NCBI GenBank assembly: GCA_903944345.1
Contig: CAJARJ010000003.1
Coordinates: forward strand, 1-61,776
Direction: 5' to 3'
From: Candidatus Omnitrophota bacterium
GTDB lineage: Bacteria; Omnitrophota; Gorgyraeia; Zapsychrales; Fredricksoniimonadaceae
DNA: 61,776 nt
Shown here one piece after another: positions 10,412 to 21,749 of the stretch (the first letter of the stretch is position 1; the number at the start of each line of letters is the position of its first letter). The notes below the pieces were generated by a model. That model searched no databases and was not told the DNA's origin. It saw only the letters and a list, made by a program, of their open reading frames with translations. A program made the position numbers and the translations under genes.

Positions 10412-11260
10412 ATGGGTAGAACAACTGGTCAAAGTGTGTTCGCTGGACTGATTGCTTTGGTTGTGGGTATGGCAGGGATTTTCTACGGGGCGAGGGTTGA
10501 AGCGGCAGTGACCTCACAAGATCTGGAACGAGCCAGAAATTTTCGTCGTCAGGCTATGGCTGCCCAGAATGTGGGGGATCTCAACCAGGCTTTGTTGCTT
10601 TATTCCCGGGCGGCAGTTTTTAATCCCGAAGATGCGGTGCTTTACAATGATCTTGGCCTTGTTTATCAGGCGCTCAAGAAATATCCTCAGGCGAAAGCGG
10701 CTTTTCAAAAGGCAATTGAACTGGATCAGCGTTATTCGGCGCCGTATTACAATGTCGGCTTGCTTTACAAGGAACAGGGGCAGTTCGATCTGGCTGTTTT
10801 CAATTTCAGAAGACGTGTGGACATGGGCGATCCGCTGGATCCCTGGACTTTAAAGGCCCAGGAAGCTCTGGAAGAAATTTATGCCCGTCTGCCGGCGCTC
10901 AACCGGGAGCGGATCATCGAAGGCGCGGCTGAAATGGAATTTTATATCGCTCGGGACAAGTTGTTTGCCCGGGATCTGGCGGCACGTCAGTCAGTTACTG
11001 ATTTTAATGTCGCATTTATGCACGGTCGCGATGCTTTTCGCAATGCCAATTACGGATGGGCGGTCAAGCATTTTGAGGATGCCTTAAGGATAAATCCAGA
11101 GTCTTATGAGGCCAAGCATGCGTTGGAGCGGGCTCGTCAGCAATTTAGTCGTGAGGCTATGGGCAGCGCCCTTAATGAAACCCTGGCTAACAACAGGGAT
11201 AATATTCTTGATCAGTACGTTGTCGAGGCTCAGTCCATGTTTCCGGAAAGCGGGCAGTAA
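10412..11260 (+). CDS. TPR-repeat protein with N-terminal membrane anchor/signal
   Basis: The protein starts MGRTTGQSVFAGLIALVVGMAGIFYGA and has an AAAGGTGAG RBS. Several 34-aa TPR units are visible (ALLLYSRAAVFNPEDAVLYNDLGLVYQALKKYPQAKAAFQKAIELD..). The longer track ORF start at 10262 overlaps the previous gene. Confidence 0.8.
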   Translation: MGRTTGQSVFAGLIALVVGMAGIFYGARVEAAVTSQDLERARNFRRQAMAAQNVGDLNQALLLYSRAAVFNPEDAVLYNDLGLVYQALKKYPQAKAAFQKAIELDQRYSAPYYNVGLLYKEQGQFDLAVFNFRRRVDMGDPLDPWTLKAQEALEEIYARLPALNRERIIEGAAEMEFYIARDKLFARDLAARQSVTDFNVAFMHGRDAFRNANYGWAVKHFEDALRINPESYEAKHALERARQQFSREAMGSALNETLANNRDNILDQYVVEAQSMFPESGQ

Positions 11261-11263
11261 GGA

Positions 11264-13822
11264 ATGACAGAGGCTACGGTTTTCCTGATCGACGGTCACG
11301 CTTTGTGCTACCGGGCCTTTTTTGCGGTGAAGGAACTGCGCAATTCGTCCGGACAACCAACCAACGCGGTCTTTGGTTTTCTTAACATTCTTCGTAAACT
11401 GCAGAAAGATTTCTCGCCCGGTTATTTGGCGGTCTGTTTTGATGTCGGTCGCAAAACCCGGAGGCACGAGCGCTACAGCGAATACAAGATTCATCGCCAG
11501 GCCATGCCGGAAGATCTTGCCCTGCAGCTTCCTGTCATCCGTGAATTGCTGGCGGCTTTTCAGATTCCGGTTTTCGAAAGTGAAGGATTTGAAGCTGACG
11601 ATGTCATTGCAACTCTGACCAGGCTGTTTTCTTCTGAGGGGCATCCGGTTGTTATTGTTTCGGATGATAAGGATATGTGCCAGCTGGTGACCGACAAGGT
11701 CAGGATTTATAACAGCCGTCGGGATGTGCTTATGGGGCCGGATGAGGTTGTTTCCCGTCTGGGCATTGTTCCGCGCTATGTTCCAGACTATTTGGCCCTT
11801 GTGGGGGATGCCAGCGACAATATCCCCGGGGTCGACGGAATCGGTGAGGCCACCGCGAAAGATCTGATCCGCAGTCATGGTGGACTGGAAGAAATTTACA
11901 GTTCTTTGGAAACGCTCAAGCCAAAACTTAAAGATAAACTTGAACATGGGCGGGCGTCGGCTTTTTTGAGCAGGGAGTTGGCTGTTGTGGATGCTCACGT
12001 TCCGCTTTCTCCTGTTCTTGGGGATCTGGCGGTCAAGCCGCCGGACGAGGTGATCTTGCAGTCTTTGCTGAAAAAGCTGGAGTTTCGGGCTTTTGTGCCT
12101 AAAGAAAATGTGCAAACGCCATTAGCCGCTAATGGGCCTGACGCTCCTGCTGTCGAAATTTTAACTGATCCGGTTCTGCTGGCGGAAATAGCGGTCTCCT
12201 CGGGACAGTTGGCTATTATGTTCTTTTTTGACGACATCGAGGGGCATCTGGTGGCGCGGGATTTTATGGCTTGCACCGCAGAAAAAATTTTTCGTTTCCC
12301 GGTTGCAGCTTTGCCTGACATAGCGGAAGTGCTTTCTCACGCGCAGGTCGAGAAGGTGTGTTACGGTTTCAAGGATCTTTACAAGGCCTGTCGGGCGGCG
12401 AACATTTCTTTGCAAGGTAATGTTTTTGATGTCCTTCTGGCCGGTTACCTTTTACGCTGCGGGCGCTCTTCTTTTGCGGTGACGGATCTGGCCAGGACAT
12501 ATTTGGAGTCCGCAGATGAAAGCGAGTCCGGACAGCTCAAGGCCCTGTCGGTGCTGGCGCAGCCTTTATCCCGCGCGCTGCACCATGAAGGCCTTTATGA
12601 TCTTTATATTTCAATGGAGCGCCCGTTGGCACTGGTTTTGGCCGGAATGGAGCTCGAAGGGGTAACAATCGACGCCGCTTTATTGGCGAATCTTTCCGCA
12701 GATTGTGCTCGCTCGATGGAGGAGATGACTGGCAGGATTTATGCTTTGGCCGGGACAACATTTAATTGCAATTCGCCCAAACAGCTTGGGCATATTCTTT
12801 TTGAAGTCCTTAATCTGCCAACGTCCAGACGCACTAAGACCGGGTTTTCCACCGATGAGGAGGTGCTTTCCGGGCTTGCGTCACAGCATGAATTGCCGGC
12901 GCTGGTTCTGGAGTATCGCGGCCTGGCGAAACTGAAATCAACATATATTGACGCATTGCCCAGGATGGCGGATCCGCGAGATGGACGTGTGCATTGTCTT
13001 TTTGACCAGACCGGAACCGAAACGGGCCGCCTGAGTTCACAGCGCCCGAATCTGCAGAATATCCCGGTACGGACAGAGTTCGGGCGGCGTATCCGTGGAG
13101 CTTTTATTCCATCTGCCCCCGGGAATGTTCTTTTGGCTGCGGATTATTCGCAGATCGAGCTGCGGGTGCTGGCTCATCTGGCCAACGAAGATAATATGAA
13201 GAAAGCCTTTCTTGCCGGGGAGGATATTCATAATTATACGGCCGGACTGATCTTTGATGTCGCTCCCGACAAGGTTACCCGCGATATGCGTTACAATGCC
13301 AAGCGTATCAATTTCGGGATAGTTTACGGAATGAGCGCTTTTGGCTTGTCCAGAGACTTGGGTTTGCCGCAGAGACAGGCCCAGGATTTTATTGACCGTT
13401 ATTTCCTGCGTTATCCCGGAATTCGTGATTTTATGGACAATGTGATCGCCTCGGCGCGTTCGTCCGGGTATGTGGAAACGTTGGCGCATCGACGCAGGTA
13501 TTTGCCGGATATCAACAGCCGCAACCAGACAGTGCGTCAGTTTGCCGAAAGGCAGGCAATCAATTCACCTGTCCAGGGAACGGCCGCCGATCTTATAAAG
13601 ATGTCCATGGTGCGGTTATATGCAGAATTAACCCGTTCCGGGAAAAAAGCCCGGATGATCATGACCGTGCATGATGAGCTGGTTTTTGATACCCCGCAGG
13701 ATGAATTGCAAACGTTGTCTGTACGGGTCAGAGACGTTATGCAGACGGTATATCCGCTCTCGGTTCCTCTGGAGGTTACGCTTAAATCAGGCCGAAATTG
13801 GGCAGAAATGCTTGATCTTTGA
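11264..13822 (+). CDS. polA: DNA polymerase I
   Basis: An N-terminal 5'-nuclease domain (FLIDGHALCYRAFFA, GDASDNIPGVDGIGE) is followed by pol motifs A (LLAADYSQIELRVLAH), B (RYNAKRINFGIVYG) and C (VHDELVF). Confidence 0.95.
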   Translation: MTEATVFLIDGHALCYRAFFAVKELRNSSGQPTNAVFGFLNILRKLQKDFSPGYLAVCFDVGRKTRRHERYSEYKIHRQAMPEDLALQLPVIRELLAAFQIPVFESEGFEADDVIATLTRLFSSEGHPVVIVSDDKDMCQLVTDKVRIYNSRRDVLMGPDEVVSRLGIVPRYVPDYLALVGDASDNIPGVDGIGEATAKDLIRSHGGLEEIYSSLETLKPKLKDKLEHGRASAFLSRELAVVDAHVPLSPVLGDLAVKPPDEVILQSLLKKLEFRAFVPKENVQTPLAANGPDAPAVEILTDPVLLAEIAVSSGQLAIMFFFDDIEGHLVARDFMACTAEKIFRFPVAALPDIAEVLSHAQVEKVCYGFKDLYKACRAANISLQGNVFDVLLAGYLLRCGRSSFAVTDLARTYLESADESESGQLKALSVLAQPLSRALHHEGLYDLYISMERPLALVLAGMELEGVTIDAALLANLSADCARSMEEMTGRIYALAGTTFNCNSPKQLGHILFEVLNLPTSRRTKTGFSTDEEVLSGLASQHELPALVLEYRGLAKLKSTYIDALPRMADPRDGRVHCLFDQTGTETGRLSSQRPNLQNIPVRTEFGRRIRGAFIPSAPGNVLLAADYSQIELRVLAHLANEDNMKKAFLAGEDIHNYTAGLIFDVAPDKVTRDMRYNAKRINFGIVYGMSAFGLSRDLGLPQRQAQDFIDRYFLRYPGIRDFMDNVIASARSSGYVETLAHRRRYLPDINSRNQTVRQFAERQAINSPVQGTAADLIKMSMVRLYAELTRSGKKARMIMTVHDELVFDTPQDELQTLSVRVRDVMQTVYPLSVPLEVTLKSGRNWAEMLDL

Positions 13823-13835
13823 GGAGGGGGCAGTC

Positions 13836-14459
13836 TTGTTTGTTTTGGGAGTAACCGGAAGTTTTGGCGCTGGGAAATCGACAGTAGCAGCAATGTTGGC
13901 CCGTCTGGGAGCTGTAATTATTGACGCCGATGCTATTGTGCACGAATTGCTGTTGGCAAACCGGAAAATTCACAGGGATTTGTGTGCGCTTTTTGGATCG
14001 CAAATCATGGGAGAATCCGGAGTGGATCGCGCCAGGTTGGGCAAGATCGTTTTTGATGATAAACTTGCTTTGCAGAAGCTCGAAAGAGTGATACATCCGG
14101 CGCTCGAGCGCGAATTACGCTGCCGGGTCAGAAAGATCAATTCCGGGGTGGTTGTTCTGGATGCAGCTCTGCTTATTGAAACAGGCTGGTTTCGTCTGGC
14201 GGATGCGCTGATCGTGGTGCGTACCAGACTGGACGAGCAGGTGACCCGTGCGGGACGACGCACAGGATTGGCTCGCCAGGATGTTCTCAAACGGCTTCGC
14301 CGTCAGATGCCCTTGAGGGAAAAGCTCAAATACGCAGACTTTGTCATTGATAACAGTGGCAGCAGATCTGAAACATATAGACAGGTAAAAGAAATGTTGA
14401 AGAGGATACCTCATAAAGGTCAAAAGGAGCTGGAAGATGAGAGAGCCAAGAGAACGTAG
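13836..14459 (+). CDS. coaE: dephospho-CoA kinase
   Basis: TTG start 8 nt after a GAGGAGG RBS. It gives [17 protein letters not shown] (P-loop). The track ORF start at 13671 lies inside polA. Confidence 0.88.
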   Translation: MFVLGVTGSFGAGKSTVAAMLARLGAVIIDADAIVHELLLANRKIHRDLCALFGSQIMGESGVDRARLGKIVFDDKLALQKLERVIHPALERELRCRVRKINSGVVVLDAALLIETGWFRLADALIVVRTRLDEQVTRAGRRTGLARQDVLKRLRRQMPLREKLKYADFVIDNSGSRSETYRQVKEMLKRIPHKGQKELEDERAKRT

Positions 14460-15825
14460 TCTCAACGGAAATGGTCAGGGCGGCGGGACCAGGGAACGGA
14501 CTGCGCGCAGCCGGGATGCAGTGGTGGAAGCGACTCCTGACAGCGAGACACTGCCGGCGAATCCTTCCGGCAAGACGCTGAACATCGAGGAGCTCAAGGA
14601 AATGAAAATGGCCGAGCTTTCGCATACGGCCCAGGATTTGGGAGTCAGCGGGGTGAGTGCCCTGAAAAAGCACGACCTGATTTTCAGGATTCTGCAGGCT
14701 CAGGCCGAGAAGGAAGGGCTCATGTTCGGTTCCGGCGTTCTGGAGATCTTGCAGGAAGGTTTCGGGTTCCTCAGAAGCTCCAAATACAATTATCTGCCTT
14801 GTCCCGACGATATTTATATATCTCCGTCACAGATCCGCCGTTTCGACCTGAAAACCGGAGACACGGTCAGCGGGCATATCCGTCCTCCGAAGGAAGGCGA
14901 GAAATATTTTGCCCTCCTGAAGGTCGAGGCTGTCAATCTGGAGAACCCCGAGAAGTGCAAGGACAAGATCCTTTTTGATAATCTGACGCCGCTTTATCCG
15001 CACGAAAGGCTCAAGCTGGAAACTACTCCCAACGAGGTGTCCATGCGGGTTATGGATCTTCTGACGCCTATCGGCAAGGGGCAGCGTGCCTTGATCGTGG
15101 CTCAGCCATACAGCGGTAAAACGGTTCTGCTGCAGAAGATCGCCAATTCGATTACAACCAATCATCCCGAAGTTGTCATGCTGGTTCTGCTGATCGATGA
15201 AAGACCTGAAGAGGTCACGGACATGCAGCGCAGTGTCAAGGCGGAGGTTGTGTCCTCGACGTTTGACGAGCCTGCCGAGCGGCATGTGCAGGTGGCCGAG
15301 ATCGTGATCGAAAAGGCCAAACGCCTGGTTGAACACAAGCGCGATGTTGTTATTCTTCTGGACTCGATCACCCGTCTGGCGCGCGCGTATAACACGGTTG
15401 TCCCTCATTCCGGCAAGATTCTTTCCGGTGGTGTTGACTCCAACGCTTTGCACAAGCCCAAGCGTTTTTTTGGTGCGGCCAGAAACATAGAAGAAGGCGG
15501 TTCGCTGACCATTATTGCCACCGCTCTGGTCGATACCGGGAGCCGTATGGATGAAGTTATTTTTGAAGAATTCAAGGGAACCGGTAATATGGAATTACAG
15601 CTTGACCGGACCCTTTTCCAGCGCCGTATTTATCCGGCTATCGATATCAAGCGTTCCAATACCCGGCATGAAGAGCTTTTGCTGGGGAAAGATATTCTGG
15701 CGCGGGTCTGGCTTTTGCGTAAGGCGTTCAATGATCTTAATTCGGCGGAAGCCATGGAGCTTTTGATCCAGAAGATGTCCCAATCCAAGGACAATGCGGA
15801 ATTCTTGCAAAATATGAACAGATAA
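14437..15825 (+). CDS. rho: transcription termination factor Rho (with ~45-aa Arg/Gly-rich N-terminal extension)
   Basis: [14 protein letters not shown] (RNA-binding domain), Walker [21 protein letters not shown] and [11 protein letters not shown] motifs. Confidence 0.93.
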   Translation: MREPRERSLNGNGQGGGTRERTARSRDAVVEATPDSETLPANPSGKTLNIEELKEMKMAELSHTAQDLGVSGVSALKKHDLIFRILQAQAEKEGLMFGSGVLEILQEGFGFLRSSKYNYLPCPDDIYISPSQIRRFDLKTGDTVSGHIRPPKEGEKYFALLKVEAVNLENPEKCKDKILFDNLTPLYPHERLKLETTPNEVSMRVMDLLTPIGKGQRALIVAQPYSGKTVLLQKIANSITTNHPEVVMLVLLIDERPEEVTDMQRSVKAEVVSSTFDEPAERHVQVAEIVIEKAKRLVEHKRDVVILLDSITRLARAYNTVVPHSGKILSGGVDSNALHKPKRFFGAARNIEEGGSLTIIATALVDTGSRMDEVIFEEFKGTGNMELQLDRTLFQRRIYPAIDIKRSNTRHEELLLGKDILARVWLLRKAFNDLNSAEAMELLIQKMSQSKDNAEFLQNMNR

Positions 15826-15904
15826 TATATAATTCCCCTCTTTTATGTAAGGAACAGCCTGGGAACCGATTTCCCGGGACAGCTAATAACAAGGAGTTGT
15901 ATTT

Positions 15905-16108
15905 ATGAAGGACGCGATTCACCCCACTTACGAACCGACCACGATCACGTGTGCCTGCGGACAGGTTTTCCATACCCGTGCGACCAGGAAGAACATTCGT
16001 GTCGAGATTTGTTCCAATTGTCATCCTTTTTACACCGGATCCAAGAAGATCCTGGATACAACCGGACGTATCGAGCGCTTCCAGAAGCGTTATGCTAAAG
16101 GAAAGTAA
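15905..16108 (+). CDS. rpmE: 50S ribosomal protein L31
   Basis: [13 protein letters not shown]....TRAT....[14 protein letters not shown] is typical of bL31, including the CxxC pairs. Confidence 0.95.
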   Translation: MKDAIHPTYEPTTITCACGQVFHTRATRKNIRVEICSNCHPFYTGSKKILDTTGRIERFQKRYAKGK

Positions 16109-17168
16109 TCTTCGCAAGCTCGGCGAACTGAAGAAACGTTTTGCTGAGCTGCAGGAAAAACTGGCTGATGCGGCGGTTATTACCGATCAGGACGTCTGCC
16201 AGAAGCTCGCCCGGGAATTTGCCGAGATAAGCCCTGTCATTGAAGATTACAGTGCCTATGAACGTGCGCTGGGACAAATCGTGGAAGCACGCGATATCCT
16301 GGCCAACGAGACAGATTCGGAACTGCGTTCCATGGCTTCCGCCGAAATCCAGACGCTCGAACAAGCGGCGAAGGCTTTTGTCGACAGCATCAATGATTAT
16401 TTCAGTCCACAGTCCAAAGACAATGACCGTCCGGTCATTATGGAAATCCGTGCCGGAACAGGCGGACTTGAGGCCAGCCTTTTTGCCGGGGATCTTCTGC
16501 GGATGTACAGCAAGTACGCGGCATCCCGCAAATGGAAGATGGATCCCATTTCCCTGAGCGAGTCAGAAAACGGAGGTATCAAGGAAGTGGTTTTCAGTGT
16601 CTCCGGCAAGGCAGTCTGGCAGAGGCTCAAGTGGGAGAGCGGCACCCACCGGGTTCAGCGGGTTCCGGCTACCGAGGCTTCGGGAAGAATTCATACTTCT
16701 GCGGCCACAGTCGCGGTTATGACCGAACCGGAAGAGATCGATCTTTATATCGACCCTAAAGACCTCAAGGTTGACGTTTACCGGGCTTCCGGCCCGGGAG
16801 GTCAGGGCGTTAATACGGCTGATTCGGCTGTTCGGATTACCCATTTGCCAACTAATACGGTTGTGACCTGTCAGGATGAGCGGTCCCAGCTTAAGAACAA
16901 GATCAAGGCCATGCGGGTGCTGCGTGCCCGTATGCTCGACGCCAGAAGGCAGGAGCAGTTTCAGAAAGAGGCGGCTTTTCGCAAGGCCCAGGTTGGCACC
17001 GGTGACCGTTCGGAAAAAATCCGGACGTATAATTTTCCGGATAATCGTGTCACGGATCATCGCATCGGTTTTACCACGCACCAGCTTCCGGCCCTGATTG
17101 AAGGGGACATGGACGACCTGATCGAGGCCTTGCTGCGGTCCGAAGAGGAATCTTCCGGCGAATTGTAA
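16092..17168 (+). CDS. prfA: peptide chain release factor 1
   Basis: PAT tripeptide context ([20 protein letters not shown]) and the GGQ motif ([10 protein letters not shown]). ATG 16092 is chosen because the longer track ORF overlaps rpmE. Confidence 0.95.
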   Translation: MLKESNLRKLGELKKRFAELQEKLADAAVITDQDVCQKLAREFAEISPVIEDYSAYERALGQIVEARDILANETDSELRSMASAEIQTLEQAAKAFVDSINDYFSPQSKDNDRPVIMEIRAGTGGLEASLFAGDLLRMYSKYAASRKWKMDPISLSESENGGIKEVVFSVSGKAVWQRLKWESGTHRVQRVPATEASGRIHTSAATVAVMTEPEEIDLYIDPKDLKVDVYRASGPGGQGVNTADSAVRITHLPTNTVVTCQDERSQLKNKIKAMRVLRARMLDARRQEQFQKEAAFRKAQVGTGDRSEKIRTYNFPDNRVTDHRIGFTTHQLPALIEGDMDDLIEALLRSEEESSGEL

Positions 17169-17212
17169 CCGGCGAAGTCTGTCTTTTTATTAAAGTTTTC
17201 CCCGAAAGTTTT

Positions 17213-18037
17213 ATGTCCGAAGACGAGCTTTTCTTGACAGCGATCCTCAATTGTTCCCGCAGTGATCTTTATATCCGTCAGTTTGTTCTGACTGATTCCC
17301 AGCAGCAGCAACTTGATCTTATGCGTCAACGCCGATCAAACCAGGAGCCGGTTCAGTATATTTGCGGCTTTACCGAATTTATGGGGCTGCGTATGGCGGT
17401 GGGGTCCGGTGTTCTGGTTCCCCGGCCCGAGACAGAGGTTCTGGCCGACCAGCTCGTCCGCGAGTTAAAAGCCGGGTCGCATTCTGAATGCCGTGTCCTC
17501 GATCTGGGGACGGGTTCGGGGTGCCTTGCGATTTCGGTGGCCAGTTTTGTCAGGCAATCCTATGCGGTTGCAGTCGATTCTTCGGTGGAGGCTTTGGCCT
17601 TTGCGCGTGAGAATGCGCGCCGGAATGCCGTGCAGGATCGGGTCAGTTTTGTACAGATGGACATGTTTTCTTTTATGGAGCAGGACACCGGAGAGTATGA
17701 TGCGATTGTTTCCAATCCTCCGTACATTCCTTCTTCACTGATTGACGGACTGCCTGCGGATGTGAAGATGGAACCTCGATTGGCGCTTGACGGAGGAGCG
17801 GATGGACTGGATTATTATCGTCGGCTTGTTCCGCTTTCATTGCGTCTTTTAAAATCAGGAGCCATGCTGTTGTTGGAGTTCGGGGACGGTCAGGAGAAGT
17901 CTTTGCAAAACATCTTTGAGCAGGACCATGCCTGGGATAAAATACGCCTTTTGGAAGATAATACGGGCAGACCGCGTGTTATAATGGCCTGCAAAAACAA
18001 ATTTCCACTACCAACAAAAGATAAAAGACATGGATAA
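17213..18037 (+). CDS. prmC: release-factor glutamine N5-methyltransferase
   Basis: LDLGTGSGCLAI (SAM motif I) and VSNPPYIP (NPPY). It follows prfA. Confidence 0.92.
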   Translation: MSEDELFLTAILNCSRSDLYIRQFVLTDSQQQQLDLMRQRRSNQEPVQYICGFTEFMGLRMAVGSGVLVPRPETEVLADQLVRELKAGSHSECRVLDLGTGSGCLAISVASFVRQSYAVAVDSSVEALAFARENARRNAVQDRVSFVQMDMFSFMEQDTGEYDAIVSNPPYIPSSLIDGLPADVKMEPRLALDGGADGLDYYRRLVPLSLRLLKSGAMLLLEFGDGQEKSLQNIFEQDHAWDKIRLLEDNTGRPRVIMACKNKFPLPTKDKRHG

Positions 18038-19295
18038 GCTTATTATTGAAGGCGGCCGACCTTTAAAAGGCGAGGTCAAGATTTCCGGTTCCAAGAATGC
18101 CACGCTTCCGGTGCTGGCGGCAACCCTGCTGACAGACGAAACCTGTGTGCTGCGCAATGTCCCCAAATTGCTTGATACCAATACGATGGTTCGTCTGCTC
18201 AAGGCCCTCGGGAAAGATGTTGACTGGGATAAAGATAAACTGATCATTATGTCCAACGGCAAGCCCAGTCCGGTAGCGGATTACAAACTTGTTTCGACGA
18301 TGCGCGGGTCGATCTGTGTGCTTGGACCGCTGTTAACTAAGTTGGGAGAAGCCAAGGTTTCGCTTCCCGGTGGTTGCGTTATTGGTGTGCGTCCTGTTGA
18401 TTTGCATGTCAAGGGTGTCGAGGCCTTGGGCGCCAAAGTCGAGGTCGAGGCCGGCTATATTATTGCAAAAGCCCGTCGTCTTAAGGGAGCCAGGGTTTAT
18501 TTGGGCGGAGCCTCCGGGCCTTCAGTTCTGGGAACAGCCAATATCATGATGGCAGCAGCATTAGCCGAAGGTGAAACAATTATTGAATGTGCGGCCTGTG
18601 AACCTGAAGTCGAGGAGCTGGCCAATTTTCTTAACGAGATGGGCGCGCGTATTCGCGGGCAGGGCAGTCCCCGGATTATTATTCACGGGGTCAAGAAGTT
18701 GCACGGGGCGGATTACAGGATGTCTGCGGATCGTATCGAGGCCGGGACGTTTATTTTGCTTTCCGCAATGGCTAAGAACAGTAACATCGTTGTCCGGGAC
18801 TGTGATTATCATCAGTTGACGGCGCTGGATGATGTATTAAAGAAAGTCGGGGCGACTGTAGTGTCCCAGAAGGATGTGGTTCGTGTCAAGGCCCCCAAAG
18901 TGTTAAAGCCGGTCAGCGTGACCACTTATCCTTATCCGGGTTTTCCAACCGATATCCAGGCCCAGTATATGGCCCTGATGTCGCTGGCAGATGGCGTGAG
19001 TGTTGTGCGGGATACCGTGTTCCCGGACCGGTTTATGCATATTGCCGAGCTTAACCGCATGGGGGCCCGTATTCGTCGCGAGGGAGGCAGTGCTATTGTG
19101 GAGGGTGTTGGTGAGCTTTGTGGCGCTCCGGTGGTGGCCTCTGATTTGCGAGCTTCTGCTGCATTGGTTATGGCCGGACTGGTGGCTCGCGGAAAAACAG
19201 AAATTCGCCGGGTTTATCATCTGGATCGCGGTTATGAAAATATTGACCACAAGCTGGTGATGCTCGGCGCTTCAATCAAGCGCGAGAAAGAATAA
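18030..19295 (+). CDS. murA: UDP-N-acetylglucosamine 1-carboxyvinyltransferase
   Basis: MDKLIIEGGRPLKGEVKISGSKNA and the active-site context LPGGCVIGVRPVDLH. Confidence 0.95.
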   Translation: MDKLIIEGGRPLKGEVKISGSKNATLPVLAATLLTDETCVLRNVPKLLDTNTMVRLLKALGKDVDWDKDKLIIMSNGKPSPVADYKLVSTMRGSICVLGPLLTKLGEAKVSLPGGCVIGVRPVDLHVKGVEALGAKVEVEAGYIIAKARRLKGARVYLGGASGPSVLGTANIMMAAALAEGETIIECAACEPEVEELANFLNEMGARIRGQGSPRIIIHGVKKLHGADYRMSADRIEAGTFILLSAMAKNSNIVVRDCDYHQLTALDDVLKKVGATVVSQKDVVRVKAPKVLKPVSVTTYPYPGFPTDIQAQYMALMSLADGVSVVRDTVFPDRFMHIAELNRMGARIRREGGSAIVEGVGELCGAPVVASDLRASAALVMAGLVARGKTEIRRVYHLDRGYENIDHKLVMLGASIKREKE

Positions 19296-19341
19296 GTAGA
19301 CCGATACCCGCTTGGGCGGGTATTTACCTGTGGAGTGCCGT

Positions 19342-19908
19342 ATGCTGCTGATGATAGATAATTATGATTCCTTTACTTTCAATATTGTCCAGTATTTGTC
19401 CGAGCTGGGAGCCAAAGTCAAGGTGTTTCGTAATGACCAGATTTCACTGGAAGAGATCCGCCGGCTTGCTCCGGAACGAATTGTTATTTCTCCGGGGCCA
19501 GGCAGTCCTGACCGGGCGGGAATTTCGGTTGACGTGATCAGGACTTTTTCCGGACAGATTCCTATCCTCGGGGTTTGCCTTGGGCATCAGGCTATCGGTT
19601 ACGCTTTCGGCGGAAAAATTGTCCGGGCTGCCGGGCTTATGCATGGCAAAACTTCCCGGATTGAGCATAACGGTCAGGATCTTTTCCGGGACATGCCCAA
19701 TCCTTTTACTGCAACCCGCTATCATTCGCTGGTTATTGAAAAGCAATCCTGTCCGGCCTGTCTGGAGGTTACGGCAACCAGCCAGAATGATAACGAGATT
19801 ATGGGGGTGAGGCACCGGGAGCTTCCTTTGTGGGGCGTGCAGTTTCATCCGGAATCCATCCTGACCGAGGGCGGCAAACTTTTGCTGGGCAACTTTCTGA
19901 AGTGCTAG
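19342..19908 (+). CDS. trpG: anthranilate synthase component II (glutamine amidotransferase; TrpG/PabA)
   Basis: [19 protein letters not shown], the catalytic GVCLGHQ and the FHPES triad motifs. It sits immediately upstream of trpD. Confidence 0.9.
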   Translation: MLLMIDNYDSFTFNIVQYLSELGAKVKVFRNDQISLEEIRRLAPERIVISPGPGSPDRAGISVDVIRTFSGQIPILGVCLGHQAIGYAFGGKIVRAAGLMHGKTSRIEHNGQDLFRDMPNPFTATRYHSLVIEKQSCPACLEVTATSQNDNEIMGVRHRELPLWGVQFHPESILTEGGKLLLGNFLKC

Positions 19909-19933
19909 CCCGTTGGTTGTCCTGGAGAATTTT

Positions 19934-20947
19934 ATGCTGGATATTTTACAGAGGTTACGTGAGCGCGAAGGCCTGAGCCGTTTACAGATGCGCGAGGTCA
20001 TGACCCGCATCATGTCCGGTCAGGCTCAGCCTGGGCAGATAAAAGAGTTTTTGCTGTTGCTCAATGACAAAGGTTTTACGGTTGAGGAGATTACCGGCGC
20101 AGTCGAGGTGATGCGGCAGTTTGTGGTTCCGGTCTCTTCGGCGTCCTCGTTGGTTTTTGATGTGGTCGGAACAGGCGGGGACGGCAAGCATACGCTCAAT
20201 GTATCAACCATAGCGGCTCTTGTGGTTGCTGCCAGCGGAGTGACCGTAGCCAAACACGGGAACCGTTCGGTTTCCAGTCGTTGCGGAAGCGCCGATGTGC
20301 TTGAGGCCCTCGGAGTCAATCTGCTTTTTGCGCCCGACAGGATTGCCGGTTGCCTGGACAAGGTCGGGATTGCTTTTCTTTTTGCCCAGGCCCATCATCC
20401 GGCCATGAAGCAGGTGGCCGCGGTACGCAAGGAACTGGGCGTCAAGACGATTTTTAATATCCTCGGGCCATTGACCAATCCAGCCGGAGCCACACATCAG
20501 TTAATCGGGGTTTATGCGCCGTTTCTCTCCGACATGGTGACGCAGGTTTTGTTCAATCTTGGCTTGCGCAGGGTGATTGCTGTCCACGGTGCGGATGGTC
20601 TGGATGAGATCACGACAACCGCTGCGACCAGCATTACCGAGTTGCGCGACGGCCGGATGACCACAGTGAATATTACCCCCGAAGACTTTGGCCTTGCCCG
20701 TGCCCGGGATTCCGATTTGACCGGGGGAGATGTTGGGGAGAATGCCGGCATTGTGATGGACATCCTTTCCGGGTCACAGGGCCCCAGACGGGATATTGTT
20801 CTGATTAACTCGGCCTATGCCTTGTATGCTGCGGAACAGGTGTCCAACCCGCATGACGGCCTTGTTCTGGCGGCCCGTTTGATCGATTCGGGCGCGGCCC
20901 TGTCCAAGCTTGAGCAATTAAAGGAGTTTACCAGCCGTGCCTGCTGA
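19934..20947 (+). CDS. trpD: anthranilate phosphoribosyltransferase
   Basis: DVVGTGGDGKHTLNVST, KHGNRSVSS.CGSADVLEALG and GPLTNPAG motifs. Confidence 0.94.
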   Translation: MLDILQRLREREGLSRLQMREVMTRIMSGQAQPGQIKEFLLLLNDKGFTVEEITGAVEVMRQFVVPVSSASSLVFDVVGTGGDGKHTLNVSTIAALVVAASGVTVAKHGNRSVSSRCGSADVLEALGVNLLFAPDRIAGCLDKVGIAFLFAQAHHPAMKQVAAVRKELGVKTIFNILGPLTNPAGATHQLIGVYAPFLSDMVTQVLFNLGLRRVIAVHGADGLDEITTTAATSITELRDGRMTTVNITPEDFGLARARDSDLTGGDVGENAGIVMDILSGSQGPRRDIVLINSAYALYAAEQVSNPHDGLVLAARLIDSGAALSKLEQLKEFTSRAC

Positions 20948-21749
20948 TTTTCTGGAAAAAATTATTCTGTCAATACAGAAGCAGAACGAACTGCGCCGGG
21001 CTTTCCGCGAGAACATCAGAAAACATCTTGATGCCAGTGAATATCCCCGGTACAGTCTTTTTCGCAAATGTATTTCTGTGCCCGGCAGGATCAATCTGAT
21101 CGCGGAAATAAAAAAAGCTTCGCCTTCTCGCGGACTGATCCGGGATGATTTCAATCCGCAGGAGCTTGCGCTTATTTACGAGCAAAATGGAGCGGCGGCT
21201 ATCTCGGTCTTGACCGAGGAGAAATATTTTCTGGGCAAGTCCGAATATCTCGGGCTGGTGGCCGCCAGGACGCGCCTGCCGCTGCTTATGAAGGATTTTG
21301 TTATTGATGAATTGCAGATTTATGAAGGTCGTTACCTGGGGGCCAGCGCGGTGCTTCTGATCTTGGCTGTTCTGCCCGATCAGCGTGTCAAGGAGCTTAT
21401 GGCCTGTGCCCATCGGCTGGATCTTGATGTGCTCGTCGAGGTGCATAACGAGGAGGAATTGCGGCGGGCCATTGATCTGGGGGCCGGGATTATCGGGATC
21501 AATAACCGGGATTTGCACACTTTTCGCGTGGATGTGGCCAACAGCGAGCGGATGATTCCGCTTGTGCCTGCAGACAGGGTTGTTGTTGCCGAAAGCGGGA
21601 TCAGTTCCCACGCCGAAATTCTTCGCCTGAAACAGGCGGGGGCGCATGCGGTGTTGATAGGTGAAACATTTCTAAAAGAGCGGGATGTCGCCCGAAAAAT
21701 CAAGGACGTGATGTATGACCAGGGTGAAGATCTGCGGAATCACCAGTAA
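20937..21749 (+). CDS. trpC: indole-3-glycerol-phosphate synthase
   Basis: LIAEIKKASPSRG, ISVLTEEKYF, KDFVIDELQIYE and GINNRDL motifs. GTG start 10 nt after AAGGAG. Confidence 0.92.
   Translation: MPADFLEKIILSIQKQNELRRAFRENIRKHLDASEYPRYSLFRKCISVPGRINLIAEIKKASPSRGLIRDDFNPQELALIYEQNGAAAISVLTEEKYFLGKSEYLGLVAARTRLPLLMKDFVIDELQIYEGRYLGASAVLLILAVLPDQRVKELMACAHRLDLDVLVEVHNEEELRRAIDLGAGIIGINNRDLHTFRVDVANSERMIPLVPADRVVVAESGISSHAEILRLKQAGAHAVLIGETFLKERDVARKIKDVMYDQGEDLRNHQ

Noticed and set aside
11084-12115. 343-aa minus-strand ORF antisense to polA
   Set aside because: It lies entirely inside a gene with unambiguous Pol I motifs on the plus strand. The translation is Arg/Lys/Gln/Pro-rich junk with no motif. 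It is a typical consequence of codon bias removing stops from the antisense frame.
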